Source: Caldilineales bacterium (GTDB taxonomy: Bacteria > Chloroflexota > Anaerolineae > Caldilineales > Caldilineaceae). Taken from it: a stretch of 64,000 bases of DNA. The notes under the pieces are model-generated. The model saw nothing but the letters and a program-made list of their open reading frames with translations, ran no database searches and was not told where the DNA came from. Made by a program: the position numbers and the translations under genes. The stretch is from assembly GCA_012271135.1 (NCBI GenBank), contig JAAXGZ010000003.1, forward strand, positions 452-64,451, in the 5' to 3' direction. Positions 29,041-37,128 of this stretch are shown piece after piece (the first letter of the stretch is position 1; each line of letters opens with the position of its first letter).

Positions 29041-29097
29041 GTTAAGAAACGATCGTTGCTTAATGTACACCACAAAGAAACGATCGTTTCTTTGTGG
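29041..29097. promoter_or_regulatory. two adjacent palindromic operator-like sites upstream of fic
   Basis: There is a perfect 28-bp palindrome ccacaaagaaacgatcgtttctttgtgg (29070..29097), and an imperfect copy ttaagaaacgatcgttgcttaa (29042..29063). Both share the core AGAAACGATCGTT. They lie 30-90 nt upstream of the GTG start. Confidence 0.5.
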
Positions 29098-29394
29098 CAG
29101 ATGCGCGGAGAGTTGCTCAATCCAGACAGCAAGGCGGTTGCTTGCTATCCAACAGTGCCTTGCAGGTGGCGAGGTTACAGGGGTTCTGAACGTTGGGCTT
29201 GGCAACTGGGTGGCGGTGGATCGAGAGTGCTACAACCACGCCAGTCAGGAATTGGACCTGTGGCCTACCACGTGGCAGAGGTGAATCTTCTTCCGTTGAG
29301 GTGCCCTGCCAAGACTCGTTATCAGCATGGCCCGGAGTTGGGATGCAGGCAAAGCCCGAGCCAATCATGGGGTTTGAGGGCCTCGAGTGGTTGG

Positions 29395-30605
29395 CAGGGC
29401 AAACGCAAAGTCGGGTTCAGGGCAGGCTTGGGGCCAGCAGCCGGGGTCGGTGTCCGATGCGGTCGCGCAGCAGCCCGATGGACACATGGGATCTGAGATT
29501 CCGTTGAACCGTGCGCACCCTGTTCAGGGCGGCCCGGCGGAGGATGCCCATCACGGCGGGCGCGTGGCCCGTGCGGATGCGGCCGTCGTCCTCCCGGAAC
29601 GGCACGTCCAGGGTGCGGTGCAGGCCGTTCCCGCGTCCCAGTGGCCGCGGACCAGCTCCAGCAGGGTGCCCGCGTCCGGGGAACGGCCGGGATGTAGTAG
29701 CGCACCGTGCGGGTGCGACGCCCGCGGGGGCCGGTGCGCTCCGTCCGCACCCGGAGCCGGCTGCGCAGGCCGGGCCAGGCTTTGGGGTCCGCCACCCACT
29801 CGCAGAGGCCGGGGCCGCCCAGCACGGTGCCGGTGCGCCGCTCGGTGCGACCGCGGTTGTGCTTGAAGGTCTGGTCGCGGGCCTCCGCCTCCGGCGCGAA
29901 GGCGCCCCGCTCGGCGTCGTCGAAGGCCGCCTTCACCTCCCGGTGGAGGGTGGGCTGGTTGCGCTTGACGGCCAGGACGCAGTCAGCCCCGCCCGCCCGC
30001 AGGGCCTGCACGATGGCGGTCTGGCAGCCGGCGGCGTCGATCGTGACGACGGCTCCCTCCAGGACCAGGCGGTCGAGCAGACGGGGTATGGCCTTGATCT
30101 CATGGCTTCTGGCCGCACACGGTTCCCGGGCCAGGGTAGGCCTTCCTGCACCAGGAAGGCGCTCACGAGGTGCAGGGGGCGGCGGGCCGCCTTGCCGTCC
30201 AGGGCCAGGACCAGCTCCTGCAGGCCGGGTAGGCTGGTGCCGTCGAGCAGCCACAGGGCGGCCTGCATGGCCGTCTCGGGGTCCCGCCGGCGCACCAGGC
30301 GCAGGCAGGTGTCGCGGGACGGCGTGACCGGGCCCAGGGCCACCAGCAGCGTGGCTAGGAGCACGCACAGGGCATGGCGCACGCTGCGCGGGTCGCGCGG
30401 ATCGGGCAGGGCTTGCAGATGGTGGGCGAAGGCGCACAGGGCCTCCAGCAGGGCCGGGTCGGGGCGTGCGACCAATGTAGGCCATGAGGGTTGCCGTGGG
30501 GACTGTGGGGATATGGATACCCCCATGGGATGCGCGGCGGCTCTCTTGATCCGATTGGGCCGGCGACGGCCTGGCACCGGGCCGCGGCATGGAATATCCC
30601 TGCCG
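29395..30605 (-). mobile_element. degenerate ISAs1-family element (transposase broken into at least 3 frames)
   Basis: Minus-strand pieces lie in different frames. They read DPRDPRSVRHALCVLLATLLVALG...LALDGKAARRPLHLVSAF; HEIKAIPRLLDRLVLEGAVVTIDAAGCQTAIVQALRAGGADCVLAVKRNQPTLH...TVRYYIP; and LLELVRGHW...PFREDDGRIRTGHAPAVMGILRRAALN. The ends are only weakly defined (ggcaggg at both termini). Confidence 0.7.
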
Positions 30606-30629
30606 CTTTAATCCCAATCGTCGATGAAT

Positions 30630-31182
30630 TCATTCCATGTACAAGGGTCGCAGCCTACGCCCCGAACCGACCCTGCACCGCCCCGATTCACCGCGGGCAA
30701 AAGAGCGAGGTTTCTCCAGCCTGCTCCGGAAGTCGTCCGCATCCTCCGCCAACCGGAAGGTTTCGAGCTTGGCCGATCCACCCGACCCGTCCTCACCCAC
30801 CAGAATGAAATCGTGCAGGTTTGTTACCAGGCCCCACCGGTAGCGACTCACTTGATCCGACTGCGCGGTCAGCCCGGCATCGTCCCCCACGCCTTTCACT
30901 TCCACCACCCCTCGCTCCGGGAGCTGTCCCGCCCTCGGCCGGCCCTTCTGGACCTGCCTTGCCGTGTAGAGGGCAAAGTCTGGATGGCCGGCCCCCTGAT
31001 CCGCGCCTTCCTGAATGCAGAACACCTTGGGCTTGAGCTCATGCCCTACTGCACCGAGGAGGTTTGTCAGTGCCGGATGGTAGGAGGGTTCCCTGGTCCC
31101 GCCACCCGATGCGCGCACCCGACGGAGTTCAGCGAAATACGCTTCCACCGCAGTGATCAGTTTCTGATTGGGTCCCGGACAT
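30630..31182 (-). pseudogene. N-terminal fragment of a large RM-type DNA methyltransferase/restriction protein
   Basis: (MSGT)NQKLITAVEAYFAELRRVRASGGGTREPSYHPALTNLLGAVGHELKPKVFCIQEGADQGAGHPDFALYTARQVQKG...PERGVVEVKGVGDDAGLTAQSDQVSRY..LVTNLHDFILVGED. From memory, this resembles the N-terminal domain of type IIG-like enzymes of about 1000 aa. The ATG at 31182 is out of frame by one base in a C-run. The body is lost at the ISAs1 relic. Confidence 0.5.
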
Positions 31183-31319
31183 CGTGCCTTCCTGTGAATC
31201 GACGTGCTGCCGTCTCATGGTACGGTCTGGCAACTTCGAAAGATGTCACGACGAACGGGTTCGTGGCGACTGTGCGGCACCGTTGAAGCTGAAAGCGCCG
31301 TGACTGGGCCACAACCGTG

Positions 31320-31655
31320 TTTTCCTAAAAAGTGCCAGAAACGCCGACTCCATCTCGGCCCCGAAGGCGAGAATCCCGATTCGATCGTAGCAACGCCGCG
31401 ATGTCCGTCGTGGAGCAATTGCCGCGCTGGGTCCAGATGACCTTGGGGGGCGGCCCTGCACGAAACTCAGATGATGGAAGTCCGCGTCCTTTGAGACGAT
31501 GGTGAGATTATGATCCCGAGCGTAATCCCAGATCAGATCGCAACATCGTTAGCTCGGGCCAGTCCGATATCCCGAACATGGACGGATCCCGAAAAGATGT
31601 CCGATAGGCCAGCGACGAGACGCGGAGACAGGTTCTCGTCGAAGAGGAGCTTCAC
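31320..31655 (-). pseudogene. DUF5615 (PIN-like/Mut7-C-type) toxin gene with multiple frameshifts
   Basis: The GTG at 31655 overlaps the DUF433 stop (GTGA). Translation VKLLFDENLSPRLVAGLSDIFSGSVHVRDIGLARANDVAI stops at a TGA created by a 5-bp tandem duplication (cagat-cagat, 31529..31538). The continuation WDYARDHNLTIVSKDADFHHLSFVQGRPPKVIWTQRGNCSTTDIAALL...ILAFGAEMESAFLAL needs two more frame changes. Confidence 0.65.
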
Positions 31656-32508
31656 TCGGGCGGGATCGAAACCAGCCTGCGTTCACGCTCTGCCGCGAAC
31701 ATCAGTACTGCCCGGATGTCTTCGCGCTCGAGATCCGGGAAATCCGCCAGGATTTCCGTTTCCGTCATCCCGGACGCCAAGTACTCAAGGACATCGTACA
31801 CCGTGATCCGGAGCCCGCGGCTGCACGGCTTCCCGCCGGCACTGTTTCAATCTCGTTGATATGGGTCCGGACGCACAGGCGGCGAGGGCTGCCTACAATG
31901 GGTGTTGTCACGACAACCCAAGAGGACCCTCGCCGTGGACTTCAGTCCCAGCGCCTGCCACCCCCGAACGCCAACGGGCCCTGCCCGATGCCCCGGCCGC
32001 CTGCCCCCGTTGCGGGGCCTGCGCCTGGCGCCGCAACGGCACCCATCCCCGCCACCTGGTTGTCCTCGGCCGGCTGCGGGTGCAACGCCTGGCCCGGGAA
32101 CGACCGCCGGAGGCGGGCCCCGTCCTGCTGGCCCTCTGGGAAGCGGTGATGCAGGGCCGCGTGCGTCTGCGGCCGGAGGTGCAAAAACTGCTGTAGCATC
32201 TCATGGAACGCGGGCACGAACGGGTGCGCAGCCAGGGGAACCCCACGGTGCTCGCCTCCACCAACCGCCCGGGGGCTGTTTGGCCGCTTCAAACCCCGGG
32301 CCCGCCTGACACGGGGGCTGAAGACCGAGGCCGGGGCCCTCAACTTCGTGCGTCTGATGGCCCGCGGCATGGCCTGACGCGACACAGGAAGCCCACGGGT
32401 ACGGAGGATAGGCCCGGGACGGCCCACAACCAATATCAACGAGATTGAAACAGTGCCCTTCCCGCCTCTCTTTCCTGGCTCCAGAGTGATGCGCTTCAAA
32501 CGGTTCAT
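31652..32508 (-). pseudogene. DUF433 antitoxin-like gene split by a 620-bp MITE
   Basis: Joining 32508..32467 to 31837..31652, with one TSD copy removed, gives MNRLKRITLEPGKRGGKPCSRGLRITVYDVLEYLASGMTETEILADFPDLEREDIRAVLMFAAERERRLVSIPPE. This is a full-length DUF433 protein with the GKPCIRGTRI-type motif. Confidence 0.75.
31838..32457. mobile_element. 620-bp MITE-like element with 25-bp perfect terminal inverted repeats and a 9-bp TSD
   Basis: The left repeat ggcactgtttcaatctcgttgatat (31838..31862) is the reverse complement of the right repeat at 32433..32457. The flanking direct repeat is cttcccgcc (31829..31837 and 32458..32466). Inside are decayed transposase pieces: a Zn-ribbon (CPRCGACAWRRNGTHPRH) and a C-terminal piece (GLFGRFKPRARLTRGLKTEAGALNFVRLMARGMA). 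Confidence 0.8.
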
Positions 32509-32640
32509 ACCCTCAGGATACCCTTGGGTCGGATCGGGGGTCAAGCCTCGCGGTTGGGCCGGATTTCCGAACTGCGGCCAAGCCGGACAGCAAGGTTTGA
32601 CATCCAATCCAGTTGCCGAACAGTCGCGGATAATTACATC

Positions 32641-34146
32641 ATGAACATATCCGAACCCGTTGCTGTCCCGACGGTAATCCCACCGGAGTTGATTGCCGAC
32701 CTTCACCGCCTCAACCCTTGGTGGACGGACCAGCCGGCTGCACGGATTCCCGCCACTCGCCGCCACTTGGCGGCCCGGGTACGGCGACGCCTCGATGTTG
32801 ACATAGCACCCATTGTGGCGGTGCGCGGTCCGCGCCAGGTGGGCAAGACCACTATCCAGTTGCAGCTCATCGCCGATCTGCTTGGCGAGGGAGTTCCCCC
32901 TACCAGCATTCTGCGGATCCAGTTCGATGAACTGGTATCCACTGATCGGTTGCTCGATCCCATCCTCCGCATCGCCTACTGGTTTGAAGAAAACATTGCT
33001 ACCGATCGCTTCAACGCGCTGGACCGGCAGGGGCACAAGGCCTACCTGTTTCTTGACGAAGTGCAGAATCTGGACAACTGGAGCGCGCAACTCAAGTTCC
33101 TGGTGGATACCGTTGGGGTCAAGGTTCTCGTGACCGGTAGTTCCGCCCTGCGCATTGAAAGGGGGAGGGACAGTCTGGCCGGACGTATTCACACTGTGGA
33201 AGCCGGAACCCTTTCGCTCACCGAGATCGGCAGGTTTCGCCAGTTGGACCATCCGGATCCGTTTTTGCCTGACAATGGTCTGAGGCATCTTTTGCACAAG
33301 GAATTCTGGCTGGAGCTTGCTGAACACGGACGTAGCCACTCTGAATTCCGCGACCAGGCCTTCCGGCATTTCTCGGCTCGCGGCGGATATCCCATGGCCC
33401 ACAACCGTGCCGAGGTCGACTGGTCCCTGCTGTCCGACCAATTGAACGAAACCGTCATCCAGCGGGTGATCCAGCATGACCTGCGATTGGGGAATCGCGG
33501 CCGTCGTCGCGATGCCTTTCTTCTGGAGGAACTCTTCAGGTTGGCCTGCCGCTATGCCGGGTTAACGCCTTCCTACGATTTGCTTGCCGACGAGGCTCGG
33601 TTGTCGATGGGTGCCGACGTGGGTCGCCAGAGGGTTGCAAACCACCTAAGGTTCCTCGCCGACACCATGCTGCTGCACCTGATACCGCCTCTGGAACTGC
33701 GTCTCAAGCGACGCCGGGGCAGCCCCAAACTGTGCCTGGTTGACCACGGCCTCCGGGCCAGCTGGCTCCAGGAGCAAATTCCGCTGGCCCCGGAGGCGTT
33801 GGCGGCAAGTCCGGAGTTGAGCACTATGGCTGGCCACATTGCCGAGAGCACACTTGGTGCCACTGCCTCCGGCATTCCCGGCCTGGGCATTGCCCACCAG
33901 CCGGAGCGTGGCTTGGACCGTGAGGTTGACTTTGTCTTCACTGTCGGCGACCGACGGTTGCCGGTCGAAGTGAAGTACCAACGCCGTATCGATTCAGTCC
34001 GGGATACCTTGGGCATCCGATCGTTTGTGGAGAAGTCGGCCAACCGCGCCCCCTTTGGACTGCTCATTACCCAAACCGATACTCCAACCGAGGATGCACC
34101 GCATATTGTCAGTATGCCGCTTTCGACATTCATGCTGCTCGCTTAG
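32641..34146 (+). CDS. AAA_14/DUF4143-type ATPase
   Basis: ATG at 32641. Contains LHRLNPWW, Walker A VRGPRQVGKTT and Walker B YLFLDEVQN. The C-terminal DUF4143-like region carries a PD-(D/E)xK-like segment EVDFVFTVGDRRLPVEVKY. Confidence 0.8.
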   Translation: MNISEPVAVPTVIPPELIADLHRLNPWWTDQPAARIPATRRHLAARVRRRLDVDIAPIVAVRGPRQVGKTTIQLQLIADLLGEGVPPTSILRIQFDELVSTDRLLDPILRIAYWFEENIATDRFNALDRQGHKAYLFLDEVQNLDNWSAQLKFLVDTVGVKVLVTGSSALRIERGRDSLAGRIHTVEAGTLSLTEIGRFRQLDHPDPFLPDNGLRHLLHKEFWLELAEHGRSHSEFRDQAFRHFSARGGYPMAHNRAEVDWSLLSDQLNETVIQRVIQHDLRLGNRGRRRDAFLLEELFRLACRYAGLTPSYDLLADEARLSMGADVGRQRVANHLRFLADTMLLHLIPPLELRLKRRRGSPKLCLVDHGLRASWLQEQIPLAPEALAASPELSTMAGHIAESTLGATASGIPGLGIAHQPERGLDREVDFVFTVGDRRLPVEVKYQRRIDSVRDTLGIRSFVEKSANRAPFGLLITQTDTPTEDAPHIVSMPLSTFMLLA

Positions 34147-34219
34147 GCGGGGCAAGTCCAACGTAACTGTCCAGCAACCCTGTTGAGCGTCAACTCCTGT
34201 CACGGAAATTGGGATCTGA

Positions 34220-35446
34220 TACCAATCCATTACAATAGCATTACTTGATATGTGGACGGTGGCACCGGGAGGGACGGCCATGGCTCGCAGGACGGCGATC
34301 GTCTGGGCGGTCGGGGACACGGTGGACGCCCTGCATGCGCAGTACCGGTCCGGGGGCCTGGCCGCGGTGCGGTGCCGGCGGCGGGGCGGGCAAGCCCTCC
34401 TGCCTGACGAAGGACCAGGAGGCGCAGCTGGTGGCGGAGGCGGCCACGGGCGTGTTTGCGACGGCGCAGGCGGTGCGGGACTGGATTGAGGAGCGGTTCG
34501 GGGTGGTCTACACCCGCGACAGCATGTACACGCTGCTGCCACGGCTGGGGATCCGGCTGAAGGTGCCCCGGCCCCGCCACCCGCAGGCCGACCCCCGGGC
34601 CCGGGCGGCCTGGAAAAAGAGGGGCTCGGCGCACGCCTGAAGGCGGTCGGCCTGAAGCATCGTGTGGGGCGACGAGATGCGCGTGGGGCTGCGCGGCCAG
34701 GTGTGCAAGGTGTGGGCGCCGCGGGGGGTGGCGGTGTCCCAGGCCGTCCGGATCGGCTGGAAGTACACCCATGTGGCGGTCGCCATCGATCCCATGACGG
34801 GGCGGCTGTGGTGGGCCTGGCAGAAGAACATGACGGGCGAGGAGATGGCCCGCATCCGGGGGGTCTGGGCCGCAGAACCTGGGACGGGGCCGGGGGCCAC
34901 ACGGGCGAGGACAGGCAGGCCGTGGACGCGCCCCGGGTGGTGCAGCCACCCTACGCCCCCGAACCGGACCCGGTCGAGCGCTTCTTCCGGGAGCTGCGCC
35001 GGGCCCTCGAGATTGTTAAGGGTATCTGCACAAAATATCGCACAATCAAAAGGCTTGTTTGGCACCGGCAGAGCCATGATCCCGTGCCTGTTCCCTGTCT
35101 TGGAGCATGCCGAACCCGCAATGGCCGCCAACGAGGCCGGACCCATTCGGATTCCAAGCCTGTCGGTGCCCGCCGGACACGCCAAGAGATCCTTGACAGG
35201 CCGTTGGTCCCCCAATGAAGCTCACTTTATCGACATGATGGGCATTGAACAAATACCCTTGTCAAGGCCCTCGAGGGACGGGTGTATGAGACCCTGCAGG
35301 CTAGGCAGGCGGCCCTGGAACCGATCCTGAAGGCGTGGCAGGCCGACCGGACCGGGTGCGGCAACTGTGCGGCTGGCACTGGATCCGGGACACCCTGGAG
35401 GCCCTGCCCGCCAACCCTCAAGTAATCCAATCATGATTGATTAGTA
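34220..35446 (+). mobile_element. degenerate IS630-family element (TA-flanked, transposase frameshifted, MITE-interrupted)
   Basis: The imperfect terminal repeats of about 29 bp are taccaatccattacaatagcattacttga and tcaagtaatccaatcatgattgattagta, each abutting TA. Transposase pieces lie in at least 4 frames. They read FATAQAVRDWIEERFGVVYTRDSMYTLLPRLGIRLKVPRPRH; WGDEMRVGLRGQVCKVWAPRG; QPPYAPEPDPVERFFRELRRALE|GRVYETL; and VRQLCGWHWIRDTLEALP. Confidence 0.75.
35012..35266. mobile_element. 255-bp MITE-like insertion nested in the IS630 relic
   Basis: The flanking 9-bp direct repeat is gccctcgag (35003..35011 and 35267..35275). The termini are attgttaagggtat and atacccttgtcaag (11 of 14 inverted). 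Removing the element restores RRALEGRVYETL in the IS630 frame. GC content is lower than in the host IS. Confidence 0.65.
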
Positions 35447-35522
35447 TGAGTTGTAAGCGGAGCGGATTCAGTGCGCACACGGGTTGCCAAGCATTGAATG
35501 CCAACAACCCATCCGCAGGGAG

Positions 35523-36071
35523 TCAATCGTTCACTGATGTTTCCACCTGGCTTCTACCTTGGCCCGACGAGCTGGTTATCGCTCCAGGGTATTGGGTCAC
35601 CGGCACGAACAGCGACTCCGGTTCCACCAACAGATTGGTGGCGTGCCGACCCAAGACCCTCGCGATCGCGTCAAGGGTTTTGAACCGGGGCGACTGTGCT
35701 CCCTTCTCCAACCGTACCAGGGTCACCCGCCCAATGTCGGCCGTCTGGGCGAGTGCCGCCTGCGTCAAACCCGCGGACTCGCGAAAGCCCCGAATGCATT
35801 CACCGAGGATCTGTCTACCCTGCATGGCAATGGCCTCGATCGCGGGCCGATAGGAAGCATCACAGTAGTGGCGGGCGAAGTCCCAGGGAATCTCGACCAT
35901 CTCGTCACCGACCGTCTCCAGAACCATTTCGTACGGATTCGCTAGACTGGACAACGCCGTGCGCTCCTCAATCTCGGGTATGTCCTTGTAGGGCTTGTAG
36001 GGAATGCATCCGTGGGCCCCATCCGCAAAGCCGATTTCGATTGCATCCTCCAGTGGATTGGCGACCGTCAT
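35523..36071 (-). CDS. DUF2442-like domain fused to an XRE-family HTH
   Basis: Internal ATG at 36071. The N-terminal part is MTVANPLEDAIEIGFADGAHGCIPY...MVEIPWDFARHY. The HTH follows: ILGECIRGFRESAGLTQAALAQTADIGRVTLVRLEKGAQSPRFKTLDAIARVLG. Confidence 0.65.
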   Translation of the reverse strand: MTVANPLEDAIEIGFADGAHGCIPYKPYKDIPEIEERTALSSLANPYEMVLETVGDEMVEIPWDFARHYCDASYRPAIEAIAMQGRQILGECIRGFRESAGLTQAALAQTADIGRVTLVRLEKGAQSPRFKTLDAIARVLGRHATNLLVEPESLFVPVTQYPGAITSSSGQGRSQVETSVND

Positions 36072-36116
36072 CGCATCCGATAGGCATTGTTGACCAGAAC
36101 GGCTTCCATCGTCGCC

Positions 36117-36379
36117 TACCTTCCGTGGATGGCGTCCCACGCCTTTCTGATTTCCGCTGCGTGCGTTGTATAGGCCTTCATAAATGCTCCTGAAGGTCCC
36201 GGCCGGAGGCGACTCCATGAGCGTACCTCCGTTGAGTTCCACGCGGCATACGTCTTGGCTGCCCACCCAGACATGTACGTGGGGCGGTTTGAAACCGTTC
36301 TCCCTGGTATTCACAATGATTCTCCAGACACCGTCTGGAGAATCGCGGGAAGCTTCTCTTTGGGGAATTTGCCAGGCAT
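36117..36379 (-). pseudogene. DUF4160-family gene, frameshifted
   Basis: The pieces are MPGKFPKEKLPAILQ.., then (frame change) VWRIIVNTRENGFKPPHVHVWVGSQDVCRVELNGGTLMESPPAGTFRSI, then (frame change) KAYTTHAAEIRKAWDAIHGR*. The KPPHVHV motif is the DUF4160 hallmark. Confidence 0.55.
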
Positions 36380-36391
36380 GTCTGGCAAATT
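36366..36391. promoter_or_regulatory. 10-bp inverted repeat overlapping the DUF4160 start codon
   Basis: aatttgccag-gcatgt-ctggcaaatt. A candidate autoregulatory operator for the DUF4160/DUF2442-HTH pair. Confidence 0.4.
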
Positions 36392-36618
36392 GGGATCTCC
36401 GACATCCCGGACGTGACCATGACCTGTGAAGACTGTACTTGCCGGGCTGGAACAGTTCAGTCCTGGTGATGTCGATTCCGCCGTTGACTCCTCATCAGCC
36501 TGTCCCCGTGGTCATGGCTTCATGTCAGCATGCCGGTCGAAGACGGGCATCGGCCGGCAGCCAGCACTCCAACTTCACTGCGTTGTTACGCGATCGCTTC
36601 GTGTGCCCTGATGTTCTC

Positions 36619-36894
36619 CTATCGCCCGCATGCCCTGCGCGAGCTCATAGCTCGCCTACATGCGCATCCAGTGCTTGGCTGTACCCCAGCCAATAGCCTC
36701 CAGGCGAGAGCCATGTTCGCGGATACGCCTGTCTTGCCGTTGAGCAGACACGGCAACGTGCCCTGCTCACAACCCAGATGTGCTGCCGTCTCAGTCACGT
36801 TCCAGCCGACCTCATCCATGCTCGCCCGACCCAGTTCGCCCAAGTGTGGGGGATTCAGCATGGGACCTACGCGCTCACCGTCGGCGTTGTCCAT
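36619..36894 (-). pseudogene. higA: HigA-type (VapI/XRE) antitoxin with C-terminal frameshift and premature stop
   Basis: ATG at 36894 preceded by aaggagg. Translation: MDNADGERVGPMLNPPHLGELGRASMDEVGWNVTETAAHLGCEQGTLPCLLNGKTGVSANMAL. The expected continuation RLEAIGWGTAKHWMRM lies in another frame and ends at a TAG. Confidence 0.6.
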
Positions 36895-36911
36895 AATCTT
36901 CCTCCTTGTCA

Positions 36912-37080
36912 TCAGTGGTAGTCGACCAAGTTCACGTCCACGGCTTCGCTGTTCTCCAAGCGGAACCATACTTCATGAAAATTGTCTGTGCCCCAAGCCA
37001 AACTTTGGCCTCCCCGCTTCCTCGCGCTCCAGGGGAATCGCGCCTGCACACAGTGGACGGTGATGCCGGAGTTTCGGCCT
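36912..37080 (-). pseudogene. higB: HigB-like toxin remnant (C-terminal part only)
   Basis: ...GGQSLAWGTDNFHEVWFRLENSEAVDVNLVDYH*, ending 15 nt before the higA start codon (stop TGA 36912-36914, higA ATG 36894). There is no in-frame start and the N-terminal half is missing or degenerate. Confidence 0.4.
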
Positions 37081-37128
37081 CCGACACCAGGACCCGGTGC
37101 TGAACCAGCGGGGAAGGGTGCTGCAGCA

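Noticed and set aside
29322-30617. 431-aa minus-strand and 366-aa plus-strand ORFs (29511..30611) as genuine proteins.
   Set aside because: Only segments of the minus-strand frames carry ISAs1 transposase signatures; the rest is out-of-frame read-through. The plus-strand ORF is an antisense shadow.
31942-33477. 511-aa minus-strand ORF overlapping the MITE and the AAA_14 ATPase gene.
   Set aside because: It has no recognisable motifs and lies antisense to a gene with clear Walker motifs.
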